24,161 nt of DNA from Eledone cirrhosa (Eukaryota). Within the stretch, counting starts at the first letter, position 1. Every line of letters begins with the position of its first letter. Of the stretch, positions 1 to 9,605 are shown in pieces. The position numbers were made by a program, and so were the translations under genes. A model generated the notes under the pieces. The model did no database searches, had not been told where the DNA came from, and saw only the letters and a list, made by a program, of their open reading frames with translations. Location of the stretch: contig CAXHJY010000319.1 in NCBI GenBank assembly GCA_964016885.1, positions 1 to 24,161 of the forward strand. Direction: 5' to 3'.

Positions 1-3000
1 TTCTGTTCACCATGATCCTCCTCATTCTGTTCACCATCATCTTCCTCATTCTGTTCACCATCCTCCTCCTCATTCTGTTCACCATCTTCCTCCTCATTCT
101 GTTCACCATCTTCCTCCTCATTCTGTTCACCATGATCCTCCTCATTCTGTTCACCATCATCTTCCTCATTCTGTTCACCATCCTCCTCCTCATTCTGTTT
201 ACCATCCTCCTCCTCATTCTGTTCACCATCTTCCTCCTCATTCTGTTCACCATCCTCCTCCTCATTCTGTTCACCATCTTCCGCCTCATTCTGTTCACCA
301 TCATCCTCATCTTGTTCATCTTCCTCCTCATTCTGTTCACCATCTTCCTCCTCATTCTGTTCACCATCTTCCTCCTCATTCTGTTCACCATCTTCCTCCT
401 CATTCTGTTTACCATCCTCCTCCTCCTTCTGTTCACCATCTTCCTCCTCATTCTGTTCACCATCTTCCTCCTCATTCTGTTCACCATCTTTCTCCTCATT
501 CTGTTCACCATCTTCCTCCTCATTCTGTTCACCATCTTCCTCCTCATTCTATTCACCATCTTCCTCCTCATTCTGTTCACCATCCTCTTCCTCATTCTGT
601 TCACCATCTTCCTCCTCATTCTGTTCACCATCTTCCTCCTCATTCTGTTCACCATCATCCTCCTCATTCTGTTCACCATCCTCCTCCTCATTCTGTTCAC
701 CATCTTTCTCCTCATTCTGTTCACCATCTTCCTCCTCATTCTGTTCACCATCTTCCTCCTCATTCTGTTCACCATCATCCTCCTCATTCTGTTCACCATC
801 CTCCTCCTCATTCTGTTCACCATCTTTCTCCTCATTCTGTTCACCATCTTCCTCCTCATTCTGTTCACCATCATCCTCCTCATTCTGTTCACCATCTTCC
901 TCCTCATTCTGTTCACCATCATCCTCCTCATTCTGTTCACCATCATCCTCCTCATTCTGTTCACCATCCTCCTCCTCATTCTGTTCACCATCATCCTCCT
1001 CATTCTGTTCACCATCCTCCTCCTCATTCTGTTCACCATCTTCCTCCTCATTCTGTTCACCATCATCCTCCTCATTCTGTTCACCATCTTCCTCCTCATT
1101 CTGTTCACCATCATCCTCCTCATTCTGTTCACCATCCTCCTCCTCATTCTGTTCACCATCTTTCTCCTCATTCTGTTCACCATCTTCCTCCTCATTCTGT
1201 TCACCATCCTCCTCCTCATTCTGTTCACCATCTTTCTCCTCATTCTGTTCACCATCTTCCTCCTCATTCTGTTCACCATCATCCTCCTCATTCTGTTCAC
1301 CATCCTCTTCCTCATTCTGTTCACCATCTTCCTCCTCGTTCTGTTCACCATCTTCCTCCTCATTCTGTTCACCATCTTCCTCCTCTTTCTGTTCACCATC
1401 ATCTTCCTCATTCTGTTCACCATCCTCCTCCTCATTCTGTTCACCATCTTTCTCCTCATTCTGTTCACCATCATCCTCCTCATTCTGTTCACCATCCTCC
1501 TCCTCATTCTGTTCACCATCTTACTCCTCATTCTGTTCACCATCTTCCTCCTCATTCTGTTCACCATCCTCCTCCTCATTCTGTTCACCATCTTCCTCCT
1601 CATTCTGTTCACCATCATCCTCATCTGTTCATCTTCCTCCTCATTCTGTTCACCATCTTCCTCCTCATTCTGTTCACCATCTTCCTCCTCATTCTGTTCA
1701 CCATCTTCCTCCTCATTCTGTTCACCATCCTCCTCCTCATTCTGTTCACCATCTTTCTCCTCATTCTGTTCACCATCTTCCTCCTCATTCTGTTCACCAT
1801 CCTCCTCCTCATTCTGTTCACCATCTTTCTCCTCATTCTGTTCACCATCATCCTCCTCATTCTGTTCACCATCTTCCTCCTCATTCTGTTCACCATCTTT
1901 CTCCTCATTCTGTTCACCATCCTCCTCCTCATTCTGTTCACCATCTTTCTCCTCATTCTGTTCACCATCATCCTCCTCATTCTGTTCACCATCTTCCTCC
2001 TCATTCTGTTCACCATCTTTCTCCTCATTCTGTTCACCATCTTCCTCCTCATTCTGTTCACCATCCTCCTCCTCATTCTGTTCACCATCTTTCTCCTCAT
2101 TCTGTTCACCATCATCCTCCTCATTCTGTTCACCATCTTCCTCCTCATTCTGTTCACCATCTTCCTCCTCATTCTGTTCACCATCCTCCTCCTCATTCTG
2201 TTCACCATCTTTCTCCTCATTCTGTTCACCATCTTCCTCCTCATTCTGTTCACCATCCTCCTCCTCATTCTGTTCACCATCTTTCTCCTCATTCTGTTCA
2301 CCATCATCCTCCTCATTCTGTTCACCATCTTCCTCCTCATTCTGTTCACCATCTTCTCCTCATTCTGTTCACCATCCTCCTCCTCATTCTGTTCACCATC
2401 TTTCTCCTCATTCTGTTCACCATCATCCTCCTCATTCTGTTCACCATCTTTCTCCTCATTCTGTTCACCATCTTCCTCCTCATTCTGTTCACCATCCTCC
2501 TCCTCATTCTGTTCACCATCTTTCTCCTCATTCTGTTCACCATCCTCCTCCTCATTCTGTTCACCATCTTCCTCCTCATTCTGTTCACCATCATCCTCAT
2601 CTTGTTCATCTTCCTCCTCATTCTGTTCACCATCTTCCTCCTCATTCTGTTCACCATCTTCCTCCTCATTCTATTCACCATCTTCCTCCTCATTCTGTTC
2701 ACCATCCTCTTCCTCATTCTGTTCACCATCTTCCTCCTCATTCTGTTCACCATCATCCTCCTCATTCTGTTCACCATCATCCTCCTCATTCTGTTCACCA
2801 TCTTCCTCCTCATTCTATTCACCATCTTCCTCCTCATTCTGTTCACCATCCTCTTCCTCATTCTGTTCACCATCTTCCTCCTCATTCTGTTCACCATCTT
2901 TCTCCTCATTCTGTTCACCATCATCCTCCTCATTCTGTTCACCATCTTCCTCCTCATTCTATTCACCATCTTCCTCCTCATTCTGTTCACCATCCTCTTC

Positions 3001-6000
3001 CTCATTCTGTTCACCATCTTCCTCCTCATTCTGTTCACCATCATCCTCCTCATTCTGTTCACCATCTTCCTCCTCATTCTATTCACCATCTTCCTCCTCA
3101 TTCTGTTCACCATCCTCTTCCTCATTCTGTTCACCATCCTCCTCCTCATTCTGTTCACCATCTTTCTCCTCATTCTGTTCACCATCCTCCTCCTCATTCT
3201 GTTCACCATCTTCCTCCTCATTCTGTTCACCATCTTCCTCCTCATTCTGTTCACCATCCTCCTCCTCATTCTGTTCACCATCTTCCTCCTCATTCTGTTC
3301 ACCATCTTCCTCCTCATTCTGTTCACCATCTTCCTCCTCATTCTGTTCACCATCCTCCTCCTCATTCTGTTCACCATCTTCCTCCTCATTCTGTTCACCA
3401 TCCTCCTCCTCATTCTGTTCACCATCTTCCTCCTCATTCTGTTCACCATCTTCCTCCTCATTCTGTTCACCATCTTCCTCCTCATTCTGTTCACCATCCT
3501 CCTCCTCATTCTGTTCACCATCTTCCTCCTCATTCTGTTCACCATCCTCCTCCTCATTCTGTTCACCATCTTCCTCCTCATTCTGTTCACCATCTTCCTC
3601 CTCATTCTGTTCACCATCTTCCTCCTCATTCTGTTCACCATCCTCCTCCTCATTCTGTTCACCATCTTCCTCCTCATTCTGTTCACCATCCTCCTCCTCA
3701 TTCTGTTCACCATCTTCCTCCTCATTCTGTTCACCATCTTCCTCCTCATTCTGTTCACCATCATCCTCCTCATTCTGTTCACCATCCTCCTCCTCATTCT
3801 GTTCACCATCTTTCTCCTCATTCTGTTCACCATCCTCCTCCTCATTCTGTTCACCATCATCCTCCTCATTCTGTTCACCATCTTCCTCCTCATTCTGTTC
3901 ACCATCCTCCTCCTCATTCTGTTCACCATCTTCCTCCTCATTCTGTTCACCATCTTCCTCCTCATTCTGTTCACCATCATCCTCCTCATTCTGTTCACCA
4001 TCCTCCTCCTCATTCTGTTCACCATCTTCCTCCTCATTCTGTTCACCATCTTCCTCCTCATTCTGTTCACCACCATCCTCCTCATTCTGTTCACCATCTT
4101 CCTCCTCATTCTGTTCACCATCTTCCTCCTCATTCTGTTCACCATCTTCCTCCTCATTCTGTTCACCATCCTCCTCCTCATTCTGTTCACCATCATCCTC
4201 CTCATTCTGTTCACCATCTTCCTCCTCATTCTGTTCACCATCCTCTTCCTCATTCTGTTCACCATCCTCCTCTTCATTCTGTTCACCATCTTTCTCCTCA
4301 TTCTGTTCACCATCTTCCTCCTCATTCTGTTCACCATTTTCCTCCTCATTCTGTTCACCATCTTCCTCATTCTGTTCACCATCTTCCTCCTCATTCTGTT
4401 CACCATCTTCCTCCTCGTTCTGTTCACTATCTTCCTCCTCATTCTGTTCACCATCTTCCTCCTCTTTCTGTTCACCATCATCTTCCTCCTCATTCTGTTC
4501 ACCATCTTCCTCCTCATTCTGTTCACCATCTTCCTCCTCATTCTGTTCACCATCTTCCTCCTCATTCTGTTCACCATGATCCTCCTCATTCTGTTCACCA
4601 TCATCTTCCTCATTCTGTTCACCATCCTCCTCCTCATTCTGTTCACCATCTTACTCCTCATTCTGTTCACCATCTTCCTCCTCATTCTGTTCACCATCCT
4701 CCTCCTCATTCTGTTCACCATCTTCCTCCTCATTCTGTTCACCATCATCCTCATCTTGTTCATCTTCCTCCTCATTCTGTTCACCATCTTCCTCCTCATT
4801 CTGTTCACCATCTTCCTCCTCATTCTGTTCACCATCTTCCTCCTCATTCTGTTTACCATCCTCCTCCTCCTTCTGTTCACCATCTTCCTCCTCATTCTGT
4901 TCACCATCCTCCTCCTCATTCTGTTCACCATCCTCCTCCTCCTTCTGTTCACCATCTTCCTCCTCATTCTGTTCACCATCCTCCTCCTCATTCTGTTCAC
5001 CATCCTCCTCCTCATTCTGTTCACCATCCTCCTCCTCATTCTGTTCACCATCCTCCTCCTCATTCTGTTCACCATCCTCCTCCTCATTCTGTTCACCATC
5101 TTCCTCCTCATTCTGTTCACCATCCTCCTCCTCATTCTGTTCACCATCTTCCTCCTCATTCTGTTCACCATCATCCTCATCTTGTTCATCTTCCTCCTCA
5201 TTCTGTTCACCATCTTCCTCCTCATTCTGTTCACCATCTTCCTCCTCATTCTGTTCACCATCTTCCTCCTCATTCTGTTTACCATCCTCCTCCTCCTTCT
5301 GTTCACCATCATCCTCCTCATTCTGTTCACCATCTTCCTCCTCATTCTGTTCACCATCTTCCTCCTCATTCTGTTCACCATCTTCCTCCTCATTCTGTTC
5401 ACCATCTTCCTCCTCATTCTGTTTACCATCCTCCTCCTCCTTCTGTTCACCATCTTCCTCCTCATTCTGTTCACCATCTTCCTCCTCATTCTGTTCACCA
5501 TCCTCCTCCTCATTCTGTTCACCATCTTCCTCCTCATTCTGTTCACCATCATCCTCATCTTGTTCATCTTCCTCCTCATTCTGTTCACCATCTTCCTCCT
5601 CATTCTGTTTACCATCCTCCTCCTCCTTCTGTTCACCATCTTCCTCCTCATTCTGTTCACCATCTTCCTCCTCATTCTGTTCACCATCTTCCTCCTCATT
5701 CTGTTCACCATCTTCCTCCTCATTCTGTTCACCATGATCCTCCTCATTCTGTTCACCATCATCTTCCTCATTCTGTTCACCATCCTCCTCCTCATTCTGT
5801 TCACCATCTTACTCCTCATTCTGTTCACCATCTTCCTCCTCATTCTGTTCACCATCCTCCTCCTCATTCTGTTCACCATCTTCCGCCTCATTCTGTTCAC
5901 CATCATCCTCATCTTGTTCATCTTCCTCCTCATTCTGTTCACCATCTTCCTCCTCATTCTGTTCACCATCTTCCTCCTCATTCTGTTCACCATCTTCCTC

Positions 6001-9000
6001 CTCATTCTGTTTACCATCCTCCTCCTCCTTCTGTTCACCATCTTCCTCCTCATTCTGTTCACCATCTTCCTCCTCATTCTGTTCACCATCTTTCTCCTCA
6101 TTCTGTTCACCATCTTCCTCCTCATTCTGTTCACCATCTTCCTCCTCATTCTATTCACCATCTTCCTCCTCATTCTGTTCACCATCCTCTTCCTCATTCT
6201 GTTCACCATCTTCCTCCTCATTCTGTTCACCATCTTCCTCCTCATTCTGTTCACCATCATCCTCCTCATTCTGTTCACCATCCTCCTCCTCATTCTGTTC
6301 ACCATCTTTCTCCTCATTCTGTTCACCATCTTCCTCCTCATTCTGTTCACCATCTTCCTCCTCATTCTGTTCACCATCATCCTCCTCATTCTGTTCACCA
6401 TCCTCCTCCTCATTCTGTTCACCATCTTTCTCCTCATTCTGTTCACCATCTTCCTCCTCATTCTGTTCACCATCATCCTCCTCATTCTGTTCACCATCTT
6501 CCTCCTCATTCTGTTCACCATCATCCTCCTCATTCTGTTCACCATCATCCTCCTCATTCTGTTCACCATCCTCCTCCTCATTCTGTTCACCATCATCCTC
6601 CTCATTCTGTTCACCATCCTCCTCCTCATTCTGTTCACCATCTTCCTCCTCATTCTGTTCACCATCATCCTCCTCATTCTGTTCACCATCTTCCTCCTCA
6701 TTCTGTTCACCATCATCCTCCTCATTCTGTTCACCATCCTCCTCCTCATTCTGTTCACCATCTTTCTCCTCATTCTGTTCACCATCTTCCTCCTCATTCT
6801 GTTCACCATCCTCCTCCTCATTCTGTTCACCATCTTTCTCCTCATTCTGTTCACCATCTTCCTCCTCATTCTGTTCACCATCATCCTCCTCATTCTGTTC
6901 ACCATCCTCTTCCTCATTCTGTTCACCATCTTCCTCCTCGTTCTGTTCACCATCTTCCTCCTCATTCTGTTCACCATCTTCCTCCTCTTTCTGTTCACCA
7001 TCATCTTCCTCATTCTGTTCACCATCCTCCTCCTCATTCTGTTCACCATCTTTCTCCTCATTCTGTTCACCATCATCCTCCTCATTCTGTTCACCATCCT
7101 CCTCCTCATTCTGTTCACCATCTTTCTCCTCATTCTGTTCACCATCATCCTCCTCATTCTGTTCACCATCCTCCTCCTCATTCTGTTCACCATCCTCCTC
7201 CTCATTCTGTTCACCATCTTCCTCCTCATTCTGTTCACCATCATCCTCATCTTGTTCATCTTCCTCCTCATTCTGTTCACCATCTTCCTCCTCATTCTGT
7301 TCACCATCTTCCTCCTCATTCTGTTCACCATCTTCCTCCTCATTCTGTTCACCATCCTCCTCCTCATTCTGTTCACCATCTTTCTCCTCATTCTGTTCAC
7401 CATCTTCCTCCTCATTCTGTTCACCATCCTCCTCCTCATTCTGTTCACCATCTTTCTCCTCATTCTGTTCACCATCATCCTCCTCATTCTGTTCACCATC
7501 TTCCTCCTCATTCTATTCACCATCTTCCTCCTCATTCTGTTCACCATCCTCTTCCTCATTCTGTTCACCATCTTCCTCCTCATTCTGTTCACCATCATCC
7601 TCCTCATTCTGTTCACCATCATCCTCCTCATTCTGTTCACCATCTTCCTCCTCATTCTATTCACCATCTTCCTCCTCATTCTGTTCACCATCCTCTTCCT
7701 CATTCTGTTCACCATCTTCCTCCTCATTCTGTTCACCATCTTTCTCCTCATTCTGTTCACCATCATCCTCCTCATTCTGTTCACCATCTTCCTCCTCATT
7801 CTATTCACCATCTTCCTCCTCATTCTGTTCACCATCCTCTTCCTCATTCTGTTCACCATCTTCCTCCTCATTCTGTTCACCATCATCCTCCTCATTCTGT
7901 TCACCATCTTCCTCCTCATTCTATTCACCATCTTCCTCCTCATTCTGTTCACCATCCTCTTCCTCATTCTGTTCACCATCCTCCTCCTCATTCTGTTCAC
8001 CATCTTTCTCCTCATTCTGTTCACCATCCTCCTCCTCATTCTGTTCACCATCTTCCTCCTCATTCTGTTCACCATCTTCCTCCTCATTCTGTTCACCATC
8101 CTCCTCCTCATTCTGTTCACCATCTTCCTCCTCATTCTGTTCACCATCTTCCTCCTCATTCTGTTCACCATCTTCCTCCTCATTCTGTTCACCATCCTCC
8201 TCCTCATTCTGTTCACCATCTTCCTCCTCATTCTGTTCACCATCCTCCTCCTCATTCTGTTCACCATCTTCCTCCTCATTCTGTTCACCATCTTCCTCCT
8301 CATTCTGTTCACCATCTTCCTCCTCATTCTGTTCACCATCCTCCTCCTCATTCTGTTCACCATCTTCCTCCTCATTCTGTTCACCATCCTCCTCCTCATT
8401 CTGTTCACCATCTTCCTCCTCATTCTGTTCACCATCTTCCTCCTCATTCTGTTCACCATCTTCCTCCTCATTCTGTTCACCATCCTCCTCCTCATTCTGT
8501 TCACCATCTTCCTCCTCATTCTGTTCACCATCCTCCTCCTCATTCTGTTCACCATCTTCCTCCTCATTCTGTTCACCATCTTCCTCCTCATTCTGTTCAC
8601 CATCATCCTCCTCATTCTGTTCACCATCCTCCTCCTCATTCTGTTCACCATCTTTCTCCTCATTCTGTTCACCATCCTCCTCCTCATTCTGTTCACCATC
8701 ATCCTCCTCATTCTGTTCACCATCTTCCTCCTCATTCTGTTCACCATCCTCCTCCTCATTCTGTTCACCATCTTTCTCCTCATTCTGTTCACCATCCTCC
8801 TCCTCATTCTGTTCACCATCTTCTTCCTCATTCTGTTCACCATCTTCCTCCTCATTCTGTTCACCATCTTCCTCCTCATTCTGTTCACCATCTTCCTCCT
8901 CATTCTGTTCACCATCCTCCTCCTCATTCTGTTCACCATCTTCCTCCTCATTCTGTTCACCATCTTTCTCCTCATTCTGTTCACCATCCTCCTCCTCATT

Positions 9001-9605
9001 CTGTTCACCATCATCCTCCTCATTCTGTTCACCATCTTCCTCCTCATTCTGTTCACCATCATCCTCCTCATTCTGTTCACCATCCTCCTCCTCATTCTGT
9101 TCACCATCTTTCTCCTCATTCTGTTCACCATCATCCTCCTCATTCTGTTCACCATCTTCCTCCTCATTCTGTTCACCATCTTCCTCCTCATTCTGTTCAC
9201 CATCTTCCTCCTCATTCTGTTCACCATCATCCTCCTCATTCTGTTCACCATCTTCCTCCTCATTCTGTTCACCATCTTCCTCCTCATTCTGTTCACCATC
9301 TTCCTCCTCATTCTGTTCACCATCTTTCTCCTCATTCTGTTCACCATCTTCCTCCTCATTCTGTTCACCATCTTCCTCCTCATTCTGTTCACCATCCTCC
9401 TCCTCATTCTGTTCACGATCTTTCTCCTCATTCTGTTCACCATCATCCTCCTGATTCTGTTCACCATCTTCCTCCTCATTCTGTTCACCATCATCCTCCT
9501 CATTCTGTTCACCATCTTCCTCCTCATTCTGTTCACCATCATCCTCCTCATTCTGTTCACCATCTTCCTCCTCATTCTGTTCACCATCATCCTCATCATA
9601 ATCAT
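1..9605. repeat. 24-bp minisatellite/satellite array, about 400 units, consensus CATTCTGTTCACCATCTTCCTCCT; truncated by the window start
   Basis: The 24-bp period is directly visible and gives the 8-aa period in every ORF translation. The common variable triplet is CTT/CCT/CAT. The right end grades into CATCATCCTCATCATAATCAT before unique AT-rich sequence. Confidence 0.98.
2346..9605 (-). CDS. Hypothetical Arg/Met-rich repeat ORF (MVNRMRRK)n, 2419 aa; most likely a by-product of the array
   Basis: The ATG lies at the array edge in an A-rich context (TTAAAATGA), and the frame is closed only by a 1-bp deletion near 2355. It has no non-repetitive domain, and the unit is stop-free in 5 of 6 frames, so ORF length is not evidence. 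Confidence 0.1.
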   Translation of the reverse strand: MIMMRMMVNRMRRKMVNRMRRMMVNRMRRKMVNRMRRMMVNRMRRKMVNRIRRMMVNRMRRKIVNRMRRRMVNRMRRKMVNRMRRKMVNRMRRKMVNRMRRKMVNRMRRKMVNRMRRKMVNRMRRMMVNRMRRKMVNRMRRKMVNRMRRKMVNRMRRMMVNRMRRKMVNRMRRRMVNRMRRMMVNRMRRKMVNRMRRMMVNRMRRRMVNRMRRKMVNRMRRKMVNRMRRRMVNRMRRKMVNRMRRKMVNRMRRKMVNRMRKKMVNRMRRRMVNRMRRKMVNRMRRRMVNRMRRKMVNRMRRMMVNRMRRRMVNRMRRKMVNRMRRRMVNRMRRMMVNRMRRKMVNRMRRKMVNRMRRRMVNRMRRKMVNRMRRRMVNRMRRKMVNRMRRKMVNRMRRKMVNRMRRRMVNRMRRKMVNRMRRRMVNRMRRKMVNRMRRKMVNRMRRKMVNRMRRRMVNRMRRKMVNRMRRRMVNRMRRKMVNRMRRKMVNRMRRKMVNRMRRRMVNRMRRKMVNRMRRKMVNRMRRRMVNRMRRKMVNRMRRRMVNRMRKRMVNRMRRKMVNRMRRKMVNRMRRMMVNRMRRKMVNRMRKRMVNRMRRKMVNRMRRKMVNRMRRMMVNRMRRKMVNRMRRKMVNRMRKRMVNRMRRKMVNRMRRKMVNRMRRMMVNRMRRMMVNRMRRKMVNRMRKRMVNRMRRKMVNRMRRKMVNRMRRMMVNRMRRKMVNRMRRRMVNRMRRKMVNRMRRKMVNRMRRRMVNRMRRKMVNRMRRKMVNRMRRKMVNRMRRKMNKMRMMVNRMRRKMVNRMRRRMVNRMRRRMVNRMRRMMVNRMRRKMVNRMRRRMVNRMRRMMVNRMRRKMVNRMRRRMVNRMRKMMVNRKRRKMVNRMRRKMVNRTRRKMVNRMRKRMVNRMRRMMVNRMRRKMVNRMRRKMVNRMRRRMVNRMRRKMVNRMRRKMVNRMRRRMVNRMRRMMVNRMRRKMVNRMRRMMVNRMRRKMVNRMRRRMVNRMRRMMVNRMRRRMVNRMRRMMVNRMRRMMVNRMRRKMVNRMRRMMVNRMRRKMVNRMRRKMVNRMRRRMVNRMRRMMVNRMRRKMVNRMRRKMVNRMRRKMVNRMRRRMVNRMRRMMVNRMRRKMVNRMRRKMVNRMRKRMVNRMRRKMVNRMRRKMVNRMRRKMVNRMRRKMVNRMRRKMVNRMRRKMVNRRRRRMVNRMRRKMVNRMRRKMVNRMRRKMVNRMRRKMNKMRMMVNRMRRKMVNRMRRRMVNRMRRKMVNRMRSKMVNRMRRRMVNRMRKMMVNRMRRIMVNRMRRKMVNRMRRKMVNRMRRKMVNRMRRKMVNRRRRRMVNRMRRKMVNRMRRKMNKMRMMVNRMRRKMVNRMRRRMVNRMRRKMVNRMRRKMVNRRRRRMVNRMRRKMVNRMRRKMVNRMRRKMVNRMRRKMVNRMRRMMVNRRRRRMVNRMRRKMVNRMRRKMVNRMRRKMVNRMRRKMNKMRMMVNRMRRKMVNRMRRRMVNRMRRKMVNRMRRRMVNRMRRRMVNRMRRRMVNRMRRRMVNRMRRRMVNRMRRKMVNRRRRRMVNRMRRRMVNRMRRKMVNRRRRRMVNRMRRKMVNRMRRKMVNRMRRKMVNRMRRKMNKMRMMVNRMRRKMVNRMRRRMVNRMRRKMVNRMRSKMVNRMRRRMVNRMRKMMVNRMRRIMVNRMRRKMVNRMRRKMVNRMRRKMVNRMRRKMMVNRKRRKMVNRMRRKIVNRTRRKMVNRMRRKMVNRMRKMVNRMRRKMVNRMRRKMVNRMRRKMVNRMKRRMVNRMRKRMVNRMRRKMVNRMRRMMVNRMRRRMVNRMRRKMVNRMRRKMVNRMRRKMVNRMRRMVVNRMRRKMVNRMRRKMVNRMRRRMVNRMRRMMVNRMRRKMVNRMRRKMVNRMRRRMVNRMRRKMVNRMRRMMVNRMRRRMVNRMRRKMVNRMRRRMVNRMRRMMVNRMRRKMVNRMRRKMVNRMRRRMVNRMRRKMVNRMRRRMVNRMRRKMVNRMRRKMVNRMRRKMVNRMRRRMVNRMRRKMVNRMRRRMVNRMRRKMVNRMRRKMVNRMRRKMVNRMRRRMVNRMRRKMVNRMRRRMVNRMRRKMVNRMRRKMVNRMRRKMVNRMRRRMVNRMRRKMVNRMRRKMVNRMRRRMVNRMRRKMVNRMRRRMVNRMRKRMVNRMRRKMVNRMRRKMVNRMRRMMVNRMRRKMVNRMRKRMVNRMRRKMVNRMRRKMVNRMRRMMVNRMRRKMVNRMRRKMVNRMRKRMVNRMRRKMVNRMRRKMVNRMRRMMVNRMRRMMVNRMRRKMVNRMRKRMVNRMRRKMVNRMRRKMVNRMRRKMVNRMRRKMNKMRMMVNRMRRKMVNRMRRRMVNRMRRKMVNRMRRRMVNRMRRKMVNRMRRKMVNRMRRMMVNRMRRKMVNRMRRRMVNRMRRRW

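Noticed and set aside
1-9605. CRISPR array or telomeric repeat
   Set aside because: No unique spacers, no cas genes, eukaryotic context, and the unit contains no TTAGGG-type motif.
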